Assembly (NCBI GenBank): GCA_963643725.1
Contig: CAVILR010000002.1
Location: 12,941-76,940 of the forward strand
Direction: 5' to 3'
From: Lachnospiraceae bacterium
Lineage (GTDB): Bacteria; Bacillota_I; Bacilli_A; RFN20; CAG-826
DNA length: 64,000 nt
The notes beneath the pieces were generated by a model. That model was not told the origin of the DNA. It saw only the letters and a program-made list of their open reading frames with translations, and did not search any database. A program made the translations under genes and the position numbers. Shown here piece by piece: positions 18,649-29,900 of the stretch (its first letter is position 1; every line of letters begins with the position of its first letter).

Positions 18649-21059
18649 TATTCACCGACCTTCTTTAAGTGCCAAATATCGCGTACGTATTCTTTAATCG
18701 TGCGATCACTAGTGAAGAAACCGCTCATGGCGATATTGACAACGCACATCGAACCCCATTTCGATTTATCTAGATATAGTTGTTCAATCTTCTCTTGTGC
18801 TTTAACATAGCTATCGAAATCTTTGAGGATGAAGAAGGTGTCGTTATTGTTCATTAATTCATCAAAGATGAGTTTAAATCTATCCTTCTTCGCCCAAGGA
18901 CCATCGAATAAAGAATGCATAATCTTATTAATTCTTTCATCGCCATTAAGGATGTCCCAAGCGTTATATCCGCCATATGAATAATAGGAGAGAACCTCTT
19001 CACTGCTTAAGCCGAAGATAACGATATTGTCATCTTTAACTAAGTCATGAATCTCGACATTCGCTCCATCCATCGTACCTAAGGTAATCGCTCCATTCAT
19101 CATGAATTTCATGTTGGAAGTGCCGCTAGCTTCTTTCGATGCAGTCGAGATTTGCTCGCTAACATCCGCAGCAGGAATGATAAGTTCGGCTAAGGTGACA
19201 CCATAATTTTCAAGGAAGACAACCTTCATGAATTTACTCGCCTTTGGGTCGTTATTGACGACATCGGCCACCGCTAAAATGAGTTCGATAATCCTCTTGG
19301 CGTAAACATAGCTCGGCGCCGCTTTCGCACCGAAGATAAAAGTGCGAGGGTGCATCGAGAAATTATCATCTTCCTTGATGCGTTGATATAAATACATGAC
19401 GTGGAAGATGTTCATCAGTTGACGCTTATAGGCGTGCAATCTTTTAATCTGCACATCAAATATCGAATTAACATCGATATCGATGTCCATCTTTTCTTTG
19501 ATGTATTTAGCCAATTTAACCTTGTTTTCATGTTTGATCTCACCAAGGCAACGCTTAACATCTTCATCATCTTTATAGGCAAGGAATTTATTCATCTCGC
19601 CTTCCATGTTAGTAATCCATTTACTACCAATCTTTTCGCTAATAAGCGAAGCGAGTTTTGGATTAGAATAAAGTAACCATCGTCGATGGGTGACACCATT
19701 GGTCTTGTTGTTAAATTTAAATGGGAAATATTGATAGAAATCTCTGAATGTTTCATTTTTTAATATCTCGGTGTGAAGCGCGGCGACACCATTGACAGAA
19801 AAGACGGTGTAAATCGCTAAATTCGCCATATGAATTTGCCCATCTTTAATGATTTGCATCGAATAAAACGCGCCTTTATCGACATTGCGTTCAATCATCT
19901 CTTTGTTAAAGCGCTTATTGATTTCTTCAATAATGTTATAGCAACGAGGGCAAACTTGTTCCATGTATTGAGTCGGCCATTTCTCTAATGCCTCTTGCAT
20001 AATCGTATGGTTGGTGTAGGCCATGCATCTCTTCACCACATCATAGCTTTCATCCCAACCATAGCCGTAGACATCCATCATGAGGCGCATGAGCTCAGGA
20101 ATCGCTAAAATTGGGTGTGTATCATTGAGTTGGAAAACGAAATAATCAGGCAAATTTAACAAAGTTTTTTTTCGTCTAAAGTGGCCTCTAAGCACGCTTT
20201 GTAATCCGGCACTTACCAAAAAATATTGTTGACGTAATCGTAACAATTTGCCGTGTTCAGTCGAATCATCAGGATATAGACCAAATGTCAAGGCCTTTAA
20301 ATCAGATAAATAATTTTCAAAAGATGTATTCTTCGGTAAATTCACCTCGCTAGGCTCCGCGGACCATAAACGTAAAACATTAGTCACTTTATTACGATAT
20401 CCGACAATCGAGACATCATAAGGCACTGCTTTAACGTGCACCGCATCGACAGTTCGCATGCCGAATTCGCCATTATCCTTGAGATAAGTTTCAGTGAATC
20501 CGCCGAATTCGACCTCGACCGCGTGCTTAGGTTTACGCACTTCAAAGACAAAACCGTTCGCGAGCCATTGATCAGGTACTTCAAATTGCTTACCTTTTTC
20601 CAATAATTGACGGAAGAATCCATATTCATAACGTAGACAGTTTCCGCGAACTGGATAACCAAGTGAAGAAATCGAATCTAAAAAGCAAGCTGCTAAACGG
20701 CCTAAACCGCCATTACCGAGTCCAGCATCAGCTTCTTGGTCTTCAATCGCATTAATATCGATGCCTAAATCAGCTAATCCATCACGAATAACCTCATATA
20801 CACCTAAATTTTGCAAATTGTTATTCATCAATCTCCCCATGAGAAATTCCATGGAAAAATAGATCAATTCCTTCTTATCTTCGTTTTTAACTTCCTTACG
20901 GACGCTACGCCAGTCATAGTTGGCATAATCCCTAATCATTTCCCCTAAAATATCGTATTGTTCGAGGATATGACTTTCTTCGATTGTGTTAGAATATTTT
21001 TCCGCTAAACGGCGAGTAAATTCTCTTTTAAAGACCTCTTTGTTTGAAAACATATTCAT
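18648..21059 (-). CDS. glgP: Glycogen/maltodextrin phosphorylase
   Basis: 803 aa GT35 phosphorylase containing the PLP-lysine region EASGTSNMKF. Confidence 0.95.
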   Translation of the reverse strand: MNMFSNKEVFKREFTRRLAEKYSNTIEESHILEQYDILGEMIRDYANYDWRSVRKEVKNEDKKELIYFSMEFLMGRLMNNNLQNLGVYEVIRDGLADLGIDINAIEDQEADAGLGNGGLGRLAACFLDSISSLGYPVRGNCLRYEYGFFRQLLEKGKQFEVPDQWLANGFVFEVRKPKHAVEVEFGGFTETYLKDNGEFGMRTVDAVHVKAVPYDVSIVGYRNKVTNVLRLWSAEPSEVNLPKNTSFENYLSDLKALTFGLYPDDSTEHGKLLRLRQQYFLVSAGLQSVLRGHFRRKKTLLNLPDYFVFQLNDTHPILAIPELMRLMMDVYGYGWDESYDVVKRCMAYTNHTIMQEALEKWPTQYMEQVCPRCYNIIEEINKRFNKEMIERNVDKGAFYSMQIIKDGQIHMANLAIYTVFSVNGVAALHTEILKNETFRDFYQYFPFKFNNKTNGVTHRRWLLYSNPKLASLISEKIGSKWITNMEGEMNKFLAYKDDEDVKRCLGEIKHENKVKLAKYIKEKMDIDIDVNSIFDVQIKRLHAYKRQLMNIFHVMYLYQRIKEDDNFSMHPRTFIFGAKAAPSYVYAKRIIELILAVADVVNNDPKASKFMKVVFLENYGVTLAELIIPAADVSEQISTASKEASGTSNMKFMMNGAITLGTMDGANVEIHDLVKDDNIVIFGLSSEEVLSYYSYGGYNAWDILNGDERINKIMHSLFDGPWAKKDRFKLIFDELMNNNDTFFILKDFDSYVKAQEKIEQLYLDKSKWGSMCVVNIAMSGFFTSDRTIKEYVRDIWHLKKVGE

Positions 21060-21091
21060 AAGTGTTAACCTTCCTTATTCTTTATTTATAT

Positions 21092-22930
21092 TTATTTATG
21101 TTTTTTAACTTTAAATATCATCGCGGCAAATGAACCGATTTTCGGACTGATGCGATACGGCTGATTCTCCGGCCCAAATTCAACGCTTTTAAGCGGTAAA
21201 CCATTGTATTGATTCGCGCCGCCATAGACATCTTTGTCGCTATTAAAAATCTCATCATAAGTACCGCCAAGAGAGACACCGATATCAAAATATTCATAAT
21301 AATTCGGAGTCATATTGAAGATAAATACAAGATTTGCATCGTCAGAAATGCGCTCAAAAGCTAAGATAGAATCGTTATTATTATTGACCATTAACCAATG
21401 GAAATTCTCGGGATTATATTCGTTAAGATACATCGCTTTTTCGTATCGATAAATGAGATTTAAATCGCGAATGAGTCGCGAGATAGAATCGTGCTTAGGG
21501 AACCTCTTTAGCTCCCAAGGTAATGATTTGCTCTCGTTCCATTCATCAAAACTCGCCAATTCGTTACCCATAAAAGATAATTTCTTTCCCGGATGTGCGA
21601 ATTGGTATGTATATAAGTTGCGTAACAAGGCAAATTTTTCATCGTAATCGCCCCACATCTTATTGATGATGGTCCCTTTTCCGTGAACGACCTCATCATG
21701 AGACAAAGGAAGCAAAAAATTCTCGTTAAAGAAATACGCCATCGAGAAAGTAATCATGTTATGGTCGTATTTTTTATAGATTGGATCGAGATGATAATAT
21801 TTTAATGTATCGTTCATCCAACCTAAATCCCATTTATAGTCAAAACCGATTCCGTTATATTCTAATGGCTTACTAACTCCATAAAAATCAGAGCTATCCT
21901 CAGCGATCATCATCAATGATGAATGACGTTCATGGAGATGATAATTAAGACGTTTTAAAAATTCAATCGCCCCTTCGTTAGTCCCTTTCGACTTGTCGCC
22001 ATCGATAAAAAGCATATTGCTAACCGCATCGACGCGAATGCCATCAAAATGGAATAATGAAGCAAAATAATTCATCGAGGACATCAAAAATGAACGGACT
22101 GGGTCTTTCCCTAAATCAAAATAGGCGCTGCCCCAAGGCGAAAACATTCTCGATTTATCCTTGTATTCGAATAGATGGTCGCCATCAAAATCGAAGAGAC
22201 CAAAATCATCTTTTGCAAAATGAACAGGTGCGAAATCGAGTATGACTCCGATGTCTGCTTGATGCATTCTATCGATAAAACTCATCAATTGCTTAGGATT
22301 GCCATAACGGGAGTCAACTGAATAAAATCCCGTCGCTTGATAACCCCACGAACCATCGAATGGATATTGAACAATCGGCATGATTTCTACATGCGTATAG
22401 CCAAGTTCTTTCACATACGGAATTAAGAAATCAGCAATTTCTTCATAAGAAAGGTTTCTACCATCAACTTTCCCTTTCCAACTGCCTAGATGAAGTTCAT
22501 ATATCGACATCGCTTTATCAAAGCAACGCGTTCTATTTTTCATAAACGAATCATCGTGCCAAATGAATCCTTCATAATCGAAAAGGCGCGAGCAAGTCGC
22601 TGGACGATATTCGCTATAAAAAGCAAATGGGTCAGCTTTATCGACGTATTGCCCATTAGCGTTTTTAAAATGATATTTATAATTTTGGTAATTTTTAAGC
22701 CCAGGAATGAATAATTCAAACGTTCCCGAGTCATCGATTTTCTTCATCTTATCGACGCGGACATCCCAATTGTTCCATTCCCCGATAATCGAAACATCGC
22801 TCGCCTTAGGAGCGTAGAGACGAAACATCACGCCGCTAACCTTATTTTGTTTAGTAAAATGTGCTCCAAAAAATGTATATGCATCAATGCATTGGCCGAG
22901 TAAATAGTCGTAGAGAAGACCGTAAGCCAT
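21092..22930 (-). CDS. glgB: 1,4-alpha-glucan branching enzyme
   Basis: 612 aa GH13 enzyme with CBM48 N-terminus and catalytic motifs (GIRVDAV; EDSS); 32 nt upstream of glgP. Confidence 0.9.
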   Translation of the reverse strand: MAYGLLYDYLLGQCIDAYTFFGAHFTKQNKVSGVMFRLYAPKASDVSIIGEWNNWDVRVDKMKKIDDSGTFELFIPGLKNYQNYKYHFKNANGQYVDKADPFAFYSEYRPATCSRLFDYEGFIWHDDSFMKNRTRCFDKAMSIYELHLGSWKGKVDGRNLSYEEIADFLIPYVKELGYTHVEIMPIVQYPFDGSWGYQATGFYSVDSRYGNPKQLMSFIDRMHQADIGVILDFAPVHFAKDDFGLFDFDGDHLFEYKDKSRMFSPWGSAYFDLGKDPVRSFLMSSMNYFASLFHFDGIRVDAVSNMLFIDGDKSKGTNEGAIEFLKRLNYHLHERHSSLMMIAEDSSDFYGVSKPLEYNGIGFDYKWDLGWMNDTLKYYHLDPIYKKYDHNMITFSMAYFFNENFLLPLSHDEVVHGKGTIINKMWGDYDEKFALLRNLYTYQFAHPGKKLSFMGNELASFDEWNESKSLPWELKRFPKHDSISRLIRDLNLIYRYEKAMYLNEYNPENFHWLMVNNNNDSILAFERISDDANLVFIFNMTPNYYEYFDIGVSLGGTYDEIFNSDKDVYGGANQYNGLPLKSVEFGPENQPYRISPKIGSFAAMIFKVKKHK

Positions 22931-23279
22931 AACTAGAAATAATTATATGCACATTCACGCGTAAGAAAACAAAACTTTTTTTAAACTTTTCCCATAAAAT
23001 CGAATAAAACGAGAATAAATTAATAAAATTTTTAAATAAAAATTGATAATCGACTAGTAAATCAAAAAAGTTCTTTTCTCACTAAGTAAATTCAAAAAAA
23101 TATTTGAGACTAATTTAATATCTTCCTCTTCTAAACGAAGAAAATATAGTTTACTATATTCCAAAGCGATTAAAGATATAAAAAATTAACAATTCCCTAA
23201 AGCCAAATAAATCAAAACATACAATAGTTAGAAAATTGTATTAAAATCGATAAAGATAAATAAATTCGAGGTGTAATAT

Positions 23280-24470
23280 ATGGAAAAAGTTATGGCGGTA
23301 AATGCTGGTAGTTCCAGCTTAAAATTCAAATTATATGAAATGCCAGAAGAAAAAGTCTTATGTTCAGGAAATGCTGAACGCATCGGACATGATGATGGTA
23401 TTTTTACAATCAAGTGGAATGGAGAAAGCGATAAAAAAGTTCTCCCAATTTTAGATCATAAAGATGCGGTTGAACTCGTTGTTAACGCCATGCTTGAAAA
23501 AGGCGTTGTCAAAGATATGAACGAAATTAAAGCGATTGGTCATCGCGTCGTTCAAGGTGGAAAATATTTCTCTAAATCGGAATTGTTCAATAAAGATACC
23601 GAGGATAAAATCGAATCATTAATTCCTTTAGCCCCACTGCACAACAAAGCGCATCTCATCGGCTTTAGAGCCTTTAAGAAAATCCTTCCTAACGTCACCA
23701 ATGTCGCCGTCTTTGATACGGCTTTTCACCAGAGCATGGAAGAAGAAGATTACGTATTTCCAATTCCTTATGAATTAACAGTTCAATACGATTGCCGTCG
23801 TTATGGAGCGCATGGAACAAGTCATAAATATCTATCGCAAGAAGGTGAAAAATACCTAAAAAATAATAAGCATCACCGCATCATCTCCTGCCACATTGGC
23901 TCCGGCGCATCGATCACAGCAATTAAAGATGGTAAATGTATCGCCACATCGATGGGGCTTACTCCATTAGGAGGAATTATGATGGGCACACGAACTGGCG
24001 ACCTCGATCCATCGGTCATGAATTATTTATGCGAATGCACCGGCAAAAATGTCGAAGAAATGTATCAAATTTTCAACAAGAAATCAGGCTTTCTAGGGGT
24101 CAGCGGAATAAGCAACGACTCTCGGGATGTCCTCGCCGCGATTGAAAAAGGTGATAAAAGAGCGATTCTCGCCAACAAAATATTCATCCGTCGCATCGCG
24201 GATTTCATCGGTCAATATTACGTTCGCCTCGGCGGCGTCGACCTCATAATTTTTTCTGCTGGAATTGGCGAAAATTCAGCGATAACAAGAAAGCAAATAG
24301 TCGATGAAATCAAAGAAAGTTTGCAAATTGAGATCGATGAAAAGCTCAACGACACCATCCGTGGAAGCGAGGCATTAATCTCCACAAAAAATAGCAAAGT
24401 TTTAGTCGCTATCATCCCCACAGATGAGGAAGTTATGATCGCTCGCGACACCTATTCTTTCATTAAATAA
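23280..24470 (+). CDS. ackA: Acetate kinase
   Basis: 396 aa beginning MAVNAGSSSLKFKLYEM; ASKHA-fold acetate/propionate kinase signature. Confidence 0.95.
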   Translation: MEKVMAVNAGSSSLKFKLYEMPEEKVLCSGNAERIGHDDGIFTIKWNGESDKKVLPILDHKDAVELVVNAMLEKGVVKDMNEIKAIGHRVVQGGKYFSKSELFNKDTEDKIESLIPLAPLHNKAHLIGFRAFKKILPNVTNVAVFDTAFHQSMEEEDYVFPIPYELTVQYDCRRYGAHGTSHKYLSQEGEKYLKNNKHHRIISCHIGSGASITAIKDGKCIATSMGLTPLGGIMMGTRTGDLDPSVMNYLCECTGKNVEEMYQIFNKKSGFLGVSGISNDSRDVLAAIEKGDKRAILANKIFIRRIADFIGQYYVRLGGVDLIIFSAGIGENSAITRKQIVDEIKESLQIEIDEKLNDTIRGSEALISTKNSKVLVAIIPTDEEVMIARDTYSFIK

Positions 24471-24490
24471 AAAAATACTCAAAATAGATT

Positions 24491-24511
24491 AAAGCACTTT
24501 AGTGCTTTTTC
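24491..24511 (+). terminator. Intrinsic terminator after ackA
   Basis: Hairpin AAGCAC-TTTA-GTGCTT followed by TTTTT. Confidence 0.65.
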
Positions 24512-24527
24512 TTATAAAAATTTGTTC

Positions 24528-24555
24528 TTGACTCTAAATAAATCTTTTGTATACT
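24528..24555 (+). promoter_or_regulatory. Sigma-A-like promoter of the lipoprotein gene
   Basis: TTGACT (24528-24533), 16-nt spacer, TATACT (24550-24555), then SD GGGAGG and the ATG at 24585. Confidence 0.55.
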
Positions 24556-24584
24556 AAATGCAATTAAATTGGGAGGAAAAACAA

Positions 24585-25859
24585 ATGAAAAAGACATTAA
24601 CACTAATCCCCACAGCATTACTTGCAGTTTGTTCAGTAACAGGATGCGATAACAGTCCGAAAAACCTCAGCGAATTCGTAAGCCAATTGTCTGATGGTGA
24701 ACACACAAAAAGCGAGATCGAACCAATGATGGTCGACGCGATTATCTCAAGTAGCGATGATAAAGTCACAAGCGCAAGTTACGAAGTTTATGACTATGTC
24801 CCCTATAGCGCACTTAATACAGGCCTAGATGAAAGCGAGTATGAGCAAGCAGTTCATGACTTGCACCAAAAACAATCTTACACTCGTTATGATAACGATG
24901 TCGTCGTAACCGATGAAACATATTCTAATTATGGCTATGACAAAGATATGATCGAATTAAATGATGGCATTTCTCGAACCGAAAGTGCTTATATCGGAAC
25001 AGGCTACCTTTATTCTGATGAGGATAAGACACTTCATTACACCTACACGCAAGATAAGAATCCATCAAATAGTTATTCATTCACCTACGCGAAGAAAGTT
25101 AACGATGATGATAAGAACAAAATTCTAAAAAGCGGAGGCTTAAGTGATACGCTTCTATCATCGATTAAAAACGTTGAAGAATGGTATGCTGACTGGGCCA
25201 GTGAGGTTGAAAGCTATGATTTCCTTACAGCAAACGAAAATTATGTAGCCACAAAAGCAGAAAACAAATTAAACGTTTCATTCAAGAGTTCCATCGATTG
25301 GGAACCTTACTCACTAGAATTTGCTTGGGGATGGGAATATGAAGAAAAAGCCGATGGTTCAACCGATTATACTAAGCCTATTGAAAAAGTAACCGATCAT
25401 TACGATGGTTATTATCTAAAACAACAAGTCGTTTTCAATTATGATTTCTCAATCGTCGATGGCTTTATTACCGATGCCTATATCGTCCAATTCGGTTATG
25501 TTATCACCGTCTATAAAGACAAAAACTGGAAAAGCGGCGATCCGACTCCAAAAGAGGATTTAACCGATGAAGATTTAGCAAAACTCGACCTTGAAGTCGC
25601 TGAAACTATGTGGTTCCAAAGCGAAGATGAATCTGGAAATACTGTTTATACCGAATATAAAAATCCATATGATGGAAACAGTGTCTACACTCGCCTTATG
25701 TATACGATTGAAAAATATACGACATCCGGTGCATCAAATGGTGATTTTGATACGAGCAAATTACCAGACGCTTCAAAATATCGTGAAGATGTTGAAAGCG
25801 ATGACGTCGGCGCTTGGATTTCCGTACAAGATATCGTCGAATTAGAAGAAGCGGAATAA
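24585..25859 (+). CDS. Acidic lipoprotein of unknown function
   Basis: Signal peptide with lipobox VTGC (MKKTLTLIPTALLAVCSVTGC), then D/E/Y-rich sequence with no recognisable domain. The true start is the ATG at 24585 with an SD, not the upstream ORF-track start. Confidence 0.6.
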   Translation: MKKTLTLIPTALLAVCSVTGCDNSPKNLSEFVSQLSDGEHTKSEIEPMMVDAIISSSDDKVTSASYEVYDYVPYSALNTGLDESEYEQAVHDLHQKQSYTRYDNDVVVTDETYSNYGYDKDMIELNDGISRTESAYIGTGYLYSDEDKTLHYTYTQDKNPSNSYSFTYAKKVNDDDKNKILKSGGLSDTLLSSIKNVEEWYADWASEVESYDFLTANENYVATKAENKLNVSFKSSIDWEPYSLEFAWGWEYEEKADGSTDYTKPIEKVTDHYDGYYLKQQVVFNYDFSIVDGFITDAYIVQFGYVITVYKDKNWKSGDPTPKEDLTDEDLAKLDLEVAETMWFQSEDESGNTVYTEYKNPYDGNSVYTRLMYTIEKYTTSGASNGDFDTSKLPDASKYREDVESDDVGAWISVQDIVELEEAE

Positions 25860-25914
25860 AATATCGTTTATAATAAAGGGCGGTCAATCACCGTCCTTTA
25901 ATTTGGAGTTAAAT

Positions 25915-26910
25915 ATGGAAACGCTAATCGACATAGAAATAAAAGAACGTTGTAATGAATTTGCTGACGAATACAAAAAAGTATTAAATCTCATCAACGA
26001 ATTCAATAGAATTGCTATTTTTCGTCATCAAAAACCAGATTATGATGCGATTGGCTCGCAGCTTGGTCTCGCCTATTTTATTATGGATAATTTCAAAAAT
26101 AAAGAAATCATCTATACGGGCGATGACCACGTATCATTAACTCCAAAATGCTTTCCGAAGATGATGCAAGTTGATGATGAATGGTTTAAAAAACCATTTC
26201 TCGCCATCATAGTAGACACCTCTAATAGCGATCGCATCGCCGATGATAGATATAAACTTGCAGATAAAATCATCAAAATCGACCATCACCCGCAAGTAGA
26301 AAATTTCGGCGATATCCAAATCGTCGACCCGACAATGTCCGCTGCTGGGGAACTTTTAGCCAACATGCTCATCAAATTTGATGGTTATAAAATATCTAGA
26401 CGTTCCGCCAAAGAGATATATAAGGCGATCGCCGGCGACTCCAACCGCTTTTTATATGCCGAGGTAAACGCCCACACCTTTGCCGTAGCAAAATATCTAT
26501 ATAACATCGGTCTAGAGCTACCAACGATTTATAAGGAAATGTATAGCGAAGACCTTTCTTCCTTAGAATTTACAAAATGGGTGCTCGAGCACTACCGCAT
26601 AACTAAAGAGGGAATCGCCTACTACGTCTTAAATAAGGAAGATTTAGATAGACTTCATCTACCAGCAGAAAGAGGGAAAGATTGCCTATATTTATTCGAT
26701 CATTTCGACAATGTGCCAATTTGGCTAAGCATCACCTACGATGAGAGCAAAAAGAATTATCGCGTCTCATTAAGAAGTAATGGCTTAGACGTCGAAAGCG
26801 TCGCCTCAAAATATCGAGGTGGCGGTCATCTTCAAGCCAGCGGGGCGAAATTAAAAAGTCTTGATGAATTGCCAAATCTTCTTGCTGATTTAGCAAAACT
26901 TATCAAATAA
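25915..26910 (+). CDS. nrnA: DHH/DHHA1 phosphoesterase (NrnA-like oligoribonuclease/pAp phosphatase)
   Basis: DHH motif (IVDTSN; IDHH) and C-terminal DHHA1 with GGGH; start at the ATG 6 nt after GGAG. Confidence 0.8.
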   Translation: METLIDIEIKERCNEFADEYKKVLNLINEFNRIAIFRHQKPDYDAIGSQLGLAYFIMDNFKNKEIIYTGDDHVSLTPKCFPKMMQVDDEWFKKPFLAIIVDTSNSDRIADDRYKLADKIIKIDHHPQVENFGDIQIVDPTMSAAGELLANMLIKFDGYKISRRSAKEIYKAIAGDSNRFLYAEVNAHTFAVAKYLYNIGLELPTIYKEMYSEDLSSLEFTKWVLEHYRITKEGIAYYVLNKEDLDRLHLPAERGKDCLYLFDHFDNVPIWLSITYDESKKNYRVSLRSNGLDVESVASKYRGGGHLQASGAKLKSLDELPNLLADLAKLIK

Positions 26911-26925
26911 GTCTCAATTAGTCTA

Positions 26926-26955
26926 AAAAGGTGTCTATTAAGATACCTTTTTTAT
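26926..26955 (+). terminator. Intrinsic terminator after nrnA
   Basis: Hairpin AAGGTGTCT-ATTA-AGATACCTT (one G·U pair) followed by TTTTTTATTTT. Confidence 0.65.
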
Positions 26956-26963
26956 TTTAAGAA

Positions 26964-29900
26964 ATGTATCATATTAATATGAACTTTGCTCCATTGAATC
27001 TATTAAGCGGCTATTCTTATTTAAAAAGTGGAATCAAACTTGAAGACTATTTAAAAAAGGTCAAATCTTTTGGCTATGAATACGCCGCCTTAACTGACAT
27101 CAATAGTCTCGTGGCGATGCCATTATTTGTTAAATTAGCAAAAAGTAACAACATTAAGCCATTAACAGGTTTAACGCTTTATATCGATAACAATCCCTTC
27201 GTCTTTATCGTCAAAAATGAAGAAGGATATAAGCATTTACTCCATCTATTATTTTTAAGTGCAAAAAATGAATTAAATTATGCTTCAATGAGCGAAGAAA
27301 ATGATGGATTAATCGTCATCCTCCCTTCAAAAGCTAAGTTGATTCAAAGCCAATTACATGAAAAAAGTTTTGCCCGAAGCTTAGCTAAGATATCGCGAAA
27401 TATCAAAGAATTTTATATAGGATTAGATATTGAAGATAAATCATTTTTAGTCGACCTTCGCGACTTTGCTTATTCTCACGGCTATAAAGTCGTCGCCTTC
27501 CCTAGCGTTTGCTATTTAAACAAAGAAGATGCGATAACATTAAAAATATTAGAAGCCATCGATAGGAAAGAGACGCTGAAGGAAAAGCAATGTAATGGTG
27601 AAGAATATTTACATAGTTATGATGAACTCAAAGAAATCTATACAGAAGAAGAACTCAAAGAAAGCGTTATAATCGCCTCATCAATCAATTTTGAATTCAT
27701 TAAGAAGCGCGGAAAAATGCTCCATTATCATAACGATGAAGGATTAAGTAGCGATGAATATCTAACTAAACTCGCCTTTAAAGGATTAGTAACACTTAAT
27801 CTCAATAACAAAGAATATCAAAAGCGATTAAATGATGAATTAACAGTCATTAAAGAAATGGGCTATAGCGACTATTTTCTTATCGTTAAAGATTATGTCG
27901 ACTACGCAAAAAATAACGATATAATCGTTGGCCCTGGTCGAGGAAGCGCCGTCGGCTCGTTGGTGGCGTTTACACTTGGCATAACAAAGTGCGACCCGAT
28001 TAAATACGATCTCATTTTCGAACGATTCTTAAATAAGGAAAGGCAAACACTTCCTGATATCGATATCGACTTTGAAGACGATAAAAGAGAAGAAGTTGCT
28101 AAATACATCGAAAGAAAATACGGAAAAGAACGCGTTAGCAAAGTCATCGCCATTCAAAAATTTGGGGCCAAACAAGCTTTAGGAGATATCGGTCGCGTCT
28201 TTAATTATGAAAGAAGAGATATCGAATTATTCACCAAATTAATAAGTAAAGATGAAGAAAAATTGTCATTAAGACAAATCTATAAAACGAATAAGAAATT
28301 CCGCGATTTAGTCAACGAAGATAAATACTATTTAGAAATTGTCGCCTTGGCCAGTCGAATTGAAGGTCTTCCTCGTCAAGAAGGTCTTCACGCCGCTGGG
28401 ATCGTTATAAACGATGAGGCGTTAAATGAAGTCGTTCCAATTTCGATTTCTAGCGATAATTCCTATGTCGAACAATTTGAAAAAGATTATTTAGAAGAAC
28501 AAGCTTTCTTAAAAATGGATTTATTAAGCCTAAGAAATCTCACAATCGTTAAAGATGTCTTAAAACGTATCAAACATATCGATGATTCACCTAAAAATAT
28601 CGACGATATACCTTATGAAGATAAAGACGCTATCGCCTTGATTAGAAATGGGAACACCATGGGACTATTCCAACTTGAATCTCCTGGCATAAGAAAAGCG
28701 ATCAAAGTTCTTAAACCAGTCGATTTTATCGATGTCGCCGCCTTACTCGCCTTATATCGACCAGGCCCGATGCAAAATATTGAAGAATATAGTAAGCGTA
28801 AGCAAGGAAGAGTCAAAATTAACTATACATCCAAAGTATTAGAAAATATCCTCGCCCCGACTTATGGCATCATCATCTATCAAGAACAAATAATGCAAAT
28901 AGCTAATAAAATGGCTAATTTTTCGCTCTCTGAAGCGGATTTATTAAGGCGCGCAATCTCGAAGAAAAATAGTAAAGCCCTTCTCTCATATCAAAAGAAG
29001 TTTGTTGAAGGAGCGATAAACAATGGTTTTAAAGAGGAAGAAGCCAAAAAAGTCTACGATACGATTTATAAATTTGGCGACTATGGCTTTAATAAATCGC
29101 ACGCCTTAGGTTATGCGATGCTCACCTCGAAAATGGCGTATCTAAAGCGATATTATCCAAAAGAATTCTATGCATCAATTCTCAACAATTCTAATAGCGA
29201 GAACTTCTCCTCTACCATCTTAGAAATCAAAGCTCAAAAGATAAATATATTAAACCCAGATATCAATCGCTCATCTTTTGTTTATTTAACAGATGAGAAT
29301 TCCATCATCTTTCCATTGACGATGGTGAAAGGAATATCGTTAACAACCGCTTTAGAATTAATTAAAATACGCGATGATAAACCATTTAGTGATCTATTCG
29401 ATTTTGTTATCCGTAGCCAAAAAGCCAAGATTACGAGCAAGCAAATAATCGCCCTCATCGACGCGGGAGCATTTGATAAAATTGAACCATCGAGAGCTAG
29501 TTTAAGAGCCAACATTGCAAACGCGATAAATTATGCATCGATGCTCGTGGGTGAAGACGGGAGCATGATTATCGATGAGTCAATGTTCCCAAAACCAACG
29601 CTTCTTAAATGCGAAGATAACATCATGGTAAATCTTAATAAAGAATACGACGCACTAGGTTTAATGCTATCGACCTCACCTTTAAAGGTGGCAAAAGAAA
29701 AGCTCAAAAAGCAAAAGATAATCAATATCTCAGAGATTAAAAATCAAACAGGAGATGTAACGATTGCCGCCTTATTTAAAAACTTCAAAAATATCGTCAC
29801 CAAAAAAGGTGAACCGATGGCCTTTGCCTCAATTTATGATGACACAGGTGAATTAGAAATAACTATCTTCCCCGCCACTTATGAAAAATATTTTTCATCA

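Noticed and set aside
23170-23200. Possible cre (CcpA) site near the ackA promoter (TCCAAAGCGATTAAAG)
   Set aside because: The TG and C positions of the cre consensus WTGNAANCGNWNNCW are not matched, so it is too weak to call.
25871-25902. Hairpin AAGGGCGGT-CAATC-ACCGTCCTT after the acidic lipoprotein gene
   Set aside because: The stem is imperfect with G·U pairs and only a short TTTA tail, so it is ambiguous as a terminator; nrnA may be co-transcribed.
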